A stretch of 64,000 nucleotides of DNA from Epiperipatus broadwayi (lineage: Eukaryota; Animalia; Onychophora), in assembly GCA_028023455.1 (NCBI GenBank), contig JAQFVV010000003.1, positions 25,110,001 to 25,174,000 on the forward strand, given 5' to 3'. Of this stretch, positions 1-10,458 are shown piece by piece. Numbering within the stretch: position 1 is the first letter of the stretch; every line of letters starts with the position of its first letter. The position numbers and the translations under genes were made by a program. The notes below the pieces were generated by a model. It was not told the origin of the DNA. It saw only the letters and a program-made list of their open reading frames with translations, and did no database searches.

Positions 1-972
1 ATTAAGTTTTATTTTTAGCTCTGGATAATTTTTTAATATAAGTGGTATCTTGGTTATAACACAAAATGAATACTATGTATGACTTTTATTTGGTTCCATG
101 GATAAGTGAATTTTGAGATTGATTCTCATAACAGCAAATTACTGGTGGTATATCTGTGAAAGTGTTACTGGTGCTACATCTTTGACTGAATTGTTACATC
201 AGATTCATGATAACAGTATTTTCAGACTGCAATGCAGGTGAGGTTTGATTGTTAATGTAATAATTTAAATCCAAGATAGCATGTTGTTTTTATAACTACA
301 TTGCAAAAGCTATCTAGTCTGTCAATTTTGCCACAATTGTTGCAATTTCCAACCCTGCATTGAAAGATAATATGTCCAAAGTCAGGAACATTTAAAGTAA
401 AGTAGTTGTCAATCCTTAATACTAACTGTAATGGGAATGAATCACATAAAAATATGTGGAATTTCATCTGATACATATCCCTGTTTCATTTTTAATATGA
501 TCTTCTAAAAGAGAGTATGAATTTCAAATTTTATGTTTGAAGTAAGTTCTCTTGATACATTTATAACTTGAGCAATGTTAGCTACATTTAAAAAAACATG
601 ATAAGCCCATGTTCTTAGTTACATAACTTTTTAAAATTAGATGCTTAATTGTGTTTTTTATCTCTTCTTTCCATTGTTTTGAAAATATTCTAATGCTATA
701 AAAGATCTTGCTGAGAAAGTAGTTGTAGATTAAATGATTTTGATCATGTTATATTTAGCTCTTGTAGTTGGATAGTTAAGGACAAGATAGTATCGGCTGA
801 TTATCTAATGGATCATGGTTTTCTATCATGCTAATGATTGGTGTGATAGGGGAAAGACTATCTGCAAATATCTTTCAGTAGTAATCATTTAATTTATGGA
901 AATGTATTTAGGTTTATTAGTTTCTTCATTTGTTATGATAGTCTATACATTTTGTAATGTTAATAGTAATTA

Positions 973-1296
973 CATTCGAATATCAGCCTTTCAAGCTAAT
1001 TGTGCAAACACTTTGCGAGTGTTAATAATAAATGAATACTTTCTGACCAATACAAGATATAGTATTTATGCAGGAACAAAAAGGAATCCTCTTATTCCTA
1101 CAACTCAAATATTTATATATGAGCAAATCTGAAGTACTGGCACAGAAGGTGTGACAATAGAACAGTCACTTTAAATTACTATATACAATGTCTGAATGAA
1201 TGACGTCGATATCTTGTATTGGTCAGAAAGTATTCATTTATTATTAACACTCGTAAAGCATTTGCACAATTAGCTTGAAAGGCTGATATTCGAATG
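973..1296. mobile_element. MITE with 88-bp terminal inverted repeats (Tc1/mariner-type TA target)
   Basis: 973-1060 is the reverse complement of 1209-1296 with 3 mismatches. TA flanks both sides (971-972, 1297-1298). No internal coding capacity. Confidence 0.8.
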
Positions 1297-1863
1297 TAAT
1301 TACAATTGTATACAGACGCTATAAAATAAATGCTTATTTATATAAATGTTATTAGTACTAAATGATCAAATTTGTGTATGTCCATTTTCAATTTTAATTT
1401 TTTCTTTTTGCTTTATTTTTCAAGAGTTCCACTGGGTTAATTGCAATTGAAACATTATTATTATGTTTTGCATGCTAAAAAAGGTTTTACTGAGTATGAT
1501 TTCATTTTTTCCAGTTTTTTTAAATGTATTCCATTTGCTTGCCTCATGTAGCATTTCCCTGAGTAACTTCAACTAGGAATATTTGCTTGGTAACTGACAT
1601 AATGATATTTTTATTATTAGAGTTTGTGATATTTCTTTAATATTCTTTTTATTTTTACTATTTTCCTTTTTTAACTTCATAAAAAATACAAAAACTGTCA
1701 GCAGTTATTTCATGTTATCATGACTTTTTCCTTTGCTTAAGTTTTAGAATTTTTACCCCTTTCGTAAAACATTTTGGTTTTAGTTGAATATTTGATTTTA
1801 AATTTACTGTAAATGATTTATTGGAAATTATGTCAATATCAGGAAGGCTATTGTATTTCAATT

Positions 1864-2501
1864 TAAACCACTAAACATCTCGATCACTATTTCTTATGCT
1901 AGCACATGAAAGCCACAAGCCAGAAACTAGTTTGGAGATATTGGATGAGTAGGCACTAGATGGGGATTTTATGTATAAGCCTTCTGACATCCATTGATTA
2001 CTCTGGTTGGCACTGAATGGCACTACTGTATGGAGAGTTTTGCCTGTTTTAATAACAGTTATGTGCTAGCATAAGAAATAGTGATCATGTGATGCTTAGT
2101 GGTTTAACACCAATCTTGCCTAATAGGATAGTGGTGGCTATGGCTGTTAAGAACCAAAGACACCAAAATGTATGGGTACTGAACTGGGTTCAGACCCATA
2201 TGATTATATAAGCTATTGAGCTTAGATTGAGAATATTATTGTGTTTTCAATTTTATTCTCATAGTTTTGTAGTTAAGTAGAGATAAAAGGTAGCTGCTGG
2301 AGGATTGCATTAAATCCTAAGATCTAGGTGCAGTGCTCTCAGATCCAAAGCTTCTCACTGATGAACGCCACATGCCAGAAACTAGTCTGGGAATATTGGA
2401 TGAGTAGGCACTAGATGGGGATTTTATGTACAAGCCTTCTGGCATCCATTGATTATTCTGGTTGCACTGAGTAGCACTACTGTATGGAGAGTTTTGCCTG
2501 T
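1864..2501 (+). mobile_element. Non-autonomous Penelope-like/retrozyme element, family A, locus A1 (5' inverted arm plus about 1.3 tandem units of about 455 bp)
   Basis: 1864-1906 is the reverse complement of 2062-2106. 1906-2046 recurs at 2360-2501 (GAAA at 1923 and 2378, period 455). Each unit carries a hammerhead core. The same sequence occurs at 15672-15898 and 54679-55366. Confidence 0.8.
2352..2393 (+). ncRNA. Minimal type I hammerhead ribozyme motif (family A)
   Basis: TTCTCA-CTGATGA-ACGC-CACAT-GCCA-GAAA-CTAG-TC|TGGGAA. Stem I is TTCTCA/TGGGAA, the CUGAUGA and GAAA boxes are intact, the stem III loop is the palindrome CUAG, and the cleavage triplet is GUC (cut after 2387). Stem II is mismatched in this copy. 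Confidence 0.7.
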
Positions 2502-2901
2502 ATTTCTGACTTTTTGAGAAGCAGACTTGTTAATAACAACAGTTATTAGCAATAACAGTTATTAAATTTTAAGAAAACTATATACTGTATTCTAAATTAT
2601 ACCTTTTTTTCACAACTGCCGAATTAAATTTTTATATTGGCAGGAATTTTTATTCCTGTCTCTTTTACATTTTACTATTGATTCTAACACTTTCGAAAGT
2701 AAAGATAACAAAAATATCAATCTGTAATTTTTAAAAGTAGATTCTCCTTTTCCAAACATGAACATCAATACTTTTTCTTAAACATTCTGGAAAAAAATGA
2801 ATAATTAAACAAAAATACTAATACAATAATTAAACAAAAATACTAATACTGTATAGGGATTAATATATCTCTATTCTCTTTTACCACTCAATCATCTATC
2901 C

Positions 2902-4517
2902 CAGTGTTTCCCAACCTTTTTTGGCTCACGTACCATATGATAGTACATCACGCTAAATTGTACCACTTCGTAAAAATGATTGTATTTTGTGAAATTTGTT
3001 ATTGCGAGTGTGTTATTTTATTTGCATTATAAATATTATAGGGTGACCATGTATGTATTCACATCTCATAATGAGACCAATTACATTGAAGCATGCCTAA
3101 ACGTCACACCAGATTATAAACTCACTGAAATTATAAACTCACTGTAACATATTTATATGAATGTGTTTGTTCAAAGTTTCATATTTTTCCAAAAATAATT
3201 TATTAATTATTACATTAAAGGTTATTTGGTACATATTTTGTTCAAAGGGTTTTATCATTCCTTCATTTGGTTTTCCCAAATTTGAGTTTTCTCTTTTTCA
3301 AAGCATCTTGCTATTGGTTGGGCCGTGGAGAGGATAAATCCAACATGTCCCAAGTCATGGTAAAAATAACGTCAAGGATTATCAGGCTATCTCTTGTTCT
3401 TGTTTTCTTTATATTGTTCAGCATGAAGTTAATAGGATTAAAATTTTGATGATTAAATACTAGCTTACATCTAGTAATCCACAATAGATGATAAAGAATT
3501 AATGAGAGTCTAATTTCTGGGTATGATCCTTTTCTGATACATTCTTTCAAATTAAATAATTTAGATTGATTTGCCTTGATCCGACTCATTATTTATCTAC
3601 TATTTTGTCATATTTCGTTTACTAATAAATGGTTTTAATAAAAACACAAAATTATAAAAACCAATTAGTATATTTTCTTATCATAATCAAATATTTTTAT
3701 AAAATAAATTTAATGAGATCTTTGTGCTTGTTTCGAGCAATATAATTTTTTGAAATTTGGTTCAAATGATGCGAGGTATACCCTTAAGTCTACAGCTGCG
3801 TTCAATCTGTTTCGATACTTATTTTTTTAAAAAATGTATGAAGAAAAAGCTCTTCCTACTAATTCCGTACTAAGAAATGGTAATAATAATTTAAGAGCTT
3901 TCTCTGAAAGTTGTTCATATTCTTTAATGTTTAACCAAAAATTAATTAGATTGGGTCGTTTGAATTCTACTTGTAAAGTTCTGTCACATGATAATTCTAT
4001 TAAATTTTCTTTATCCTTTATTGATAATGTTGTAGCTTTTTCTAAATTTTTTGCATAGAAGGAGTTTGAAATCCAATTATCATTTGTGTTTTCGGGTTTT
4101 GGAAAATATTCAATAAAAGACAATTTTAATCCTGTTAAATGTGCTATTATATTTTCTTGTATATCTTGAGACAGACTAATCTTATTTACAAACAAAAAAA
4201 TATGTAGAGTTTTGAATATTTCCAGTTGATTGTTTTCGATACTTATATATATTACTGTTTCCAAAAATCTAATTTCTTAATCATACTTTCAATTTTATCA
4301 TTAACATTAAAGATCGTTATCAACTGTACATATTAACAACTTTACTATATAATATTATTAATTAAAATATTTTTTATGAATTATAGGAAAAAACGTTTCT
4401 ATATTTTTATGATTTAATTTTTTTTTATCTCCGCCATTATTGATTATTTTTCGTGTACCACCTACCAGCAACTCGCGTACCACCAGTGGTACGCATACCA
4501 CAGGTTGGGAAACACTG
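2902..4517 (-). mobile_element. hAT (Buster/Charlie group) DNA transposon, internally deleted
   Basis: TIRs CAGTGTTTCCCAACCT (2902-2917) and AGGTTGGGAAACACTG (4502-4517). Perfect 8-bp TSD ATCTATCC (2894-2901, 4518-4525) matching the Buster nnnTAnnn consensus. Confidence 0.95.
3710..4264 (-). pseudogene. C-terminal fragment of a Buster-type hAT transposase (dimerisation domain), frameshifted
   Basis: ORF 3827-4264 reads HLTGLKLSFIEYFP...LIELSCDRTLQVEF...FWLNIKEYEQLSEKALKLLLPFLSTELVGRAFS. After a frameshift it continues KNKYRNRLNAAVDLRVYLASFEPNFKKLYCSKQAQRSH* (stop 3712-3710), the typical Buster/ZBED5-like C-terminus. Confidence 0.9.
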
Positions 4518-5337
4518 ATCTATCCTATCAATACCAACTGATTTAACAATTTTCAAATTACCTATAGCTAAATCCATTTCTGATCCTTTAATATCTAAGC
4601 ATAAAAATGATGAGTTTATAGCTCATACTATTTTCTACATAAGCATCAGATAAAAATTCATAATATACACACACACAAAAAAAGTAAAATATTTATTAAA
4701 TGCATTAACAACTTTAAATTCATTTTCAAATATGTGCACTGGCTCATTATCTACTAATATTTTATTCATTATGATAATCTAGAACCTTAATCAAGTTATT
4801 TATGTTTTTCCATTTAGTAGTAGTACATTAATTTGATAAAATTCTATAATAATAATTATACTTTGCATTTATTATTAGAATTTACATTTCGACTGTTCTG
4901 CAATATTCCTCGGAGCTAATACTATTTTAGTTTCTTTTAATACTATTAGCTGTAAATAAAATTTCAGGACAGTTAAAATATCAAGTTGCGTGTATTTATA
5001 TAATAAATTTTTTTTGTTATAAAGTGTTTGAAGTAAGATGTAAAAATGTAGACAGTAACCAACTCGATTCAAGTCATATTACATTACAAACTTCTTAAAA
5101 CAAATAAATTTTAAAATGAGCCAATAAGAATTATTTGGTTCATGTTTTTTTTTAATAGTAATTATTAAACTTATCAAAAGAATAGCATTCATTAAATGAT
5201 AATATGATAAATTCCAGAGCATTTTTAAATAATAATGAATATGTTTAGTGTTTATTAAGGGTAGTTGTAAAAATGAAAGAAAAATATAAAAAAAAAGAAT
5301 TTTTTTTTCTTTTCTCTCGAGTAGTTTTATTTATGTT

Positions 5338-5785
5338 TAACAATCATTAAAGATCACCCACTACACATGCTGTAAATTTATAAATACTTTTTAAGGAATT
5401 CTCTCCATAACTCTTTTGAAAAGATAGAATGAATCCACTCTACTTTTTTAGCCTAAACATATATGTATAGGCAAATCTTAAGCATTTGGAAATGAGAGCA
5501 TGAAGATATTAATTAGTCACTTTTAATTAACATTTGCTATGTTTTTATTACAGATGTCTATGAAATTTTTGCAATTTCCAGCATATCAATATTAGATATA
5601 ATATTAAACATATATAAATATACATAATGAATAACTTATTTATATAATGTTATGTTTTAATCTATAATGAAAAAGGTAGAGTGGATTCATTCTCTTTTCA
5701 AAAGACTATCAAAAGAAGACCATTCTTTAAAAAGTTTTTATAAGTTTATAGTGCATGTATAGTGGATGATCCCTAATGATTGTTA
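5338..5785. repeat. Old diverged foldback/MITE-like element with about 110-bp arms
   Basis: 5338-5450 (AACAATCATTA...GAATGAATCCACTCTAC) is the approximate reverse complement of 5670-5785. No clear TSD. Confidence 0.65.
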
Positions 5786-8700
5786 CCAATTAAAAGTGCT
5801 ATATAAATAAATGACTCGTTATATATAAGAAAAAATAAGTATCAAGATTTTTTGTTAAAGAAAATGCTGTTTTTGATTAATTAAAGTTGATTTTTTTTCT
5901 TCTCTTTAACTTTCTAAAAAAAGTAATGTTTTCCAAATTAAATTGTAATTAAAGGGTTATCTATTTCTAGTAATTAATAAGAAAAAATAATTACAGAAGA
6001 ATTTGAATAATTAAGGTGCAATTGGAATTTTAAATTAATTAAAAAAAGATATTTTTTGTAAAAAGATAATCATTTGGTTCAGGGATTAATGTCATCATAT
6101 CTGAAATAGTGTGATTGGATGGATAACAAGATTGTTTATTAAAAAAATAAAATTGGGGGTAGTTAAAGCAATAGACTTCTATTCTTGTATTGATGATCAA
6201 TATTTTTTATTTGTTCTAAATTTGAATTCAAATTTTTTTAATATACTTAGTTTGAATATTTTTTGTTTATCTGTCTTTTTTGCAAACTTGTCAAGTTCAA
6301 TTACTTTAATATCTATTCACTATGCTCAAAGTGTCAATTACTTTATTTTTTGTAAAATTGTTTTGTAAATAGAATATACTTTTAAGCTCAAGACACACTG
6401 ATTATCTTACATTAACTAATCTCTAATGTTTATTTTAATGTAATATATTTGAAAGAACATAAAGAGAAAACAATATCTGATTATTTTTCATAGATAGCTT
6501 TGAGAATATAAAAAATTCTCATTATTTTTCATAGATAGCTAAAAAATTACCATCAGCTTTAGTCTGTTGAAGTTAGGGACTCAAATAAAAATTAGCTAAA
6601 ATAGAGACTTGCTGTATCATTATCTGTAGCCCAACCCTAATGCCACAGAAATGTTTAACTGAAAATCTTTTTGGAGTTTGTTTTTAATATAGTTTTTTAT
6701 TTATTCTCCCAACCATAAAATTGAACTGGTGATCTTTAGATTTTTGGGGGAAAAAGCAGAATTATTAGACAAAAAGTTTATTGTTTGAATTATCTACCAT
6801 TATAAACAATACTTACAATTAGCCAGTAAGTGTCAGTCTTGGTCCAGCTATTAAGAAGAGGAGAGAGCAGTAGTAAAAGTTCTGCACTTGAGAGGAAAGC
6901 ACTGAAGAAGTTATGGTTGAAGACTAAAGTAAGACTAACCTTACTACTAATTGTAAAAAAAGATTTCTGACATGGATTTTAAAAAACCACGCTAAATTTA
7001 GTTAAAATCTGAGCATCACCAATCAACATACATCCTGTTTTATTAAAAATTTATAGAAAAGGATTATCCCTGGGGAAATTTGTAAGAAGCCTTGTGTGTC
7101 CATTCACAGTCATGACTGTCTCAGCCTATGCTAACCTGACCTAGAAATCTGTGCTAATATAAAAATTATATTGTAAAATGGATAAATTAAACTTGTGTTA
7201 GCCTATAATTATCAACTGAAAACTTGAAGCTACAAAAAGAAGCTAATGAAAAACTTTTAATGGGACTATGGATAAATTTAACTGGTGTTATCTTATCATA
7301 AAGATTATTATAATTTTCAGTTGATCATTTGAAAAAACAAGAAGAAAAATTGACCTGAAAAGACAGCAAGATTATAACTACAAGAAAAAATAAAATTCAT
7401 GGTAAAATAAAGTATACTTGATGTGCACATCTTCATTTACATTTATATATCTTCATTGATGAATCTTAATTTTTAATGTAAATCTTAGTTAATGATAATA
7501 AATAATTTTTTTAGTTGTTTGTTCTAAACATTACTTTTTCCTCCAAAAATGTAAAAGTGTATGAGACCTTAACATTCTCAAAAGAATAGATAAAGGTTTT
7601 ATCCAATCATCTTTTTATTTTATTTTATTGTGAAGTGTTTTCAGATTTAATTATTAAAAAAGAGGAAGAAGGTTTTAGATAATCTTAAATTTTTTATCAT
7701 TTCCTGTAAAATGTTTTAAAATTTAACCATTGTAATAAGACAATAACAAAGTTAAAGTAAATGTTAATTAATTTAACAATAAAAATCAACAGATTAACTT
7801 TATTTGATATATAAAATCATATTTTTATAGAAAATGTGTTTATTAAATTATTATTACAAAAATAATGTTAATGTTTTATTTCTCCAGCTATTTGTTCCAT
7901 GAATTGGCAGTGGGTGTGATTTGTTTCCATCATAGCATGATCCTTTAAAGAATTTGTGAGTCATCCTAATAAGACTTTAAATAAAAATAGATTTAAAATA
8001 TACATTTATATTTTCTCAATCACAGTTAGTCTCTAAGACCATTGTGATCCAGAGCTAGCTCTAAAACAATAATAGTTAATTTATGTAAATAAAAAAATAG
8101 ATGTTTGTTTGGACATCTAGATAGTTATTTAGATGTGCAAAAGATAAGATCACCTTTAAAATTAATTCACTGCAATTTATTTATAGATTGGAAATTGGTT
8201 TAACTGTGCACTCATGGTACCATATGCTAGAGCATGGATAATCAGTATGTATCAAGATACCAACACTTTATTATGATGGATATGTACATGCAGTATATTA
8301 TACCCTAAGTTTTACAGTTGTTAAATAATTAGCCTACAAATTAATATTGAACCTCTTAGTCACAAGTGATGATTGTTTTTTATTTTTATTTGATGCTGGT
8401 ATAACTTACTATTATTATAACTATTTACTTGATTCTATTCTGATTCTCTCATGCTCATTGATATTAATTGTGATATTCAGTGGAGATAATGATTTGTCAT
8501 GTTCTCATAGACCAGACTTCATCATATCATTAGTATGTAAGTATGTGCATGCAGAGGATAGTTTTTATATTACATCCTAGGTTTGAAAGTGGCTATATAA
8601 TTTAAGTACATCTTAAAATTGAATCTTTTAGATTCAGTGATAAGGAGTGACTGTTAATTATTCTAGTTTAATGTTGGTGGTTTATTATTATAACCACTTA

Positions 8701-10458
8701 TTTTATTCTAAGTTGATTCTTCCATGCTCTTTTTATATTTGTTGATGACTATTCGGTGGGAATAATGATGTTCTGCTATCATTCCACTATGCATTGTGTC
8801 ACCACTCATATCATTACAAATGTCAGCTCATGATTGTGCCCCTTTGACTATACCATTATAATAAATAATAAAAAAAATTGCCATAAAGTATTTGAAGTAA
8901 GGAATAAAAATTATATTTGAATTATTATTATTGATGATGATGATGTTGTATATGTCAAATATTTTAATCCTGTTTTTGAAAATATTCATTCAGTTTGAGA
9001 TCTGTTTTATTTCTAGAATTATGATTTTAGGTATATAAATTATGATTTTAGGTATATAAATAGCTCTTAAAAAAATTCCTATCATTGACCATATATAACT
9101 ACAGACATTTAAAACGTATATCATCAAGAAATCATTTTTTTAACACACTTTTTTCAAGAGCAACAAATTTTATTTTTTAAAAATATTTCACCTATTGCAC
9201 ATAATCATCATCAATCTATATATATGTATTCTATAATGGTAATTACAGTTCAATTACTAATAACTTATATTACATTACTAACAGGTACTAAACCAAAATA
9301 TTGTGATCAAAATAATCCAGAATAGAGATTAGCTATATGATACATAAACAATATAAATAATTTATATCATAATTCTCAACCAATTATTGATCACAAAAAT
9401 TCTGTTGTACCAGAAGATATATATATATTTGCTTGAGTAACCTTTTGCATTTATAAAGTTATTTTCAACATTCTTTAAAAGTGAGCATTAAAGATACTAT
9501 TATTCACCAAGCTTGAAAACTATAGGGTGATGAAAGTTTTAAAATTTTTCTATAATTTGTTTTATACTCTAAATAATATGAGCTAGATACACATTTACCA
9601 ACTAAAACACATAATTTCTTGGGTTAATTTTGTATTAGCCATGTGAAAGAAAACTCCTAAGCAAAATTAAAGATTTACCTGGACTAAAATTGAACCCCAT
9701 GCTATGGACAAGACTAGCATGTCTTCTAATCATTGTTATGAGGTTCTTACATATATACATTTATATTTTTTCCCACTTCTGTCTTTCTGAAATGTTATTA
9801 ATTTAATTGACAATATTTTTTCTCTATCTTATATATATATATATGCCCAAGTATTTTATGTCATAATTAACAATATTACATGATATATGCAATAATAATT
9901 ATGTTCTCATTCTGATAGAACTTTATAGTGAGTATCTAATAAAAATCAAACTTTTATATTTACTTGATTGACAAATGCATTATAATATTAATGGCCTATG
10001 AAGTTTAATGCAGTAATAGAGAGGCTAATCTATTGATTAGTTCTTTTCCTTTCATTGTTTCTCTATGAGAGATGGGAAAATACTGTTTTATTTTTTAACC
10101 AACTTAAAAATATTCATATCAAAGTATCTACCAGTATACAAAATTATAAATAACTACTCTTTAAAATTATCTATACAATATTGTCTGTAACAAAACAATC
10201 AAACTGACAAATAAATAAACTACTCATTCTGTATTCTATATTACTCACAATGCAATTTGATAGCTCAAGTCATCTTTTGCCTTACTTTATTTTGTTTAAG
10301 AAACACTTCTTTATTTTTCTCATTATTTTTAAGAAACAACAAAAAACAATAAACAAATATTAGTTTAATCAAAAGTAATTCTATGACTAGTTGTATTAGC
10401 TCACCAACTTTATTTTTGTTAGCAAACTTTAAAATTTATATCTAAAGATTTTATAGTG

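Noticed and set aside
19-237. Plus-strand exon-like stretch (TTTTTAG ... CAG|GTGAGG) whose frame YICESVT...LLHQI..FRLQ faintly recalls a gustatory-receptor helix
   Set aside because: There are three in-frame stops, the resemblance is only a few residues, and no partner exons were found.
3311-3589. 92-codon minus-strand ORF inside the hAT element
   Set aside because: It lies downstream of the transposase stop with no recognisable motif, and its length is compatible with chance.
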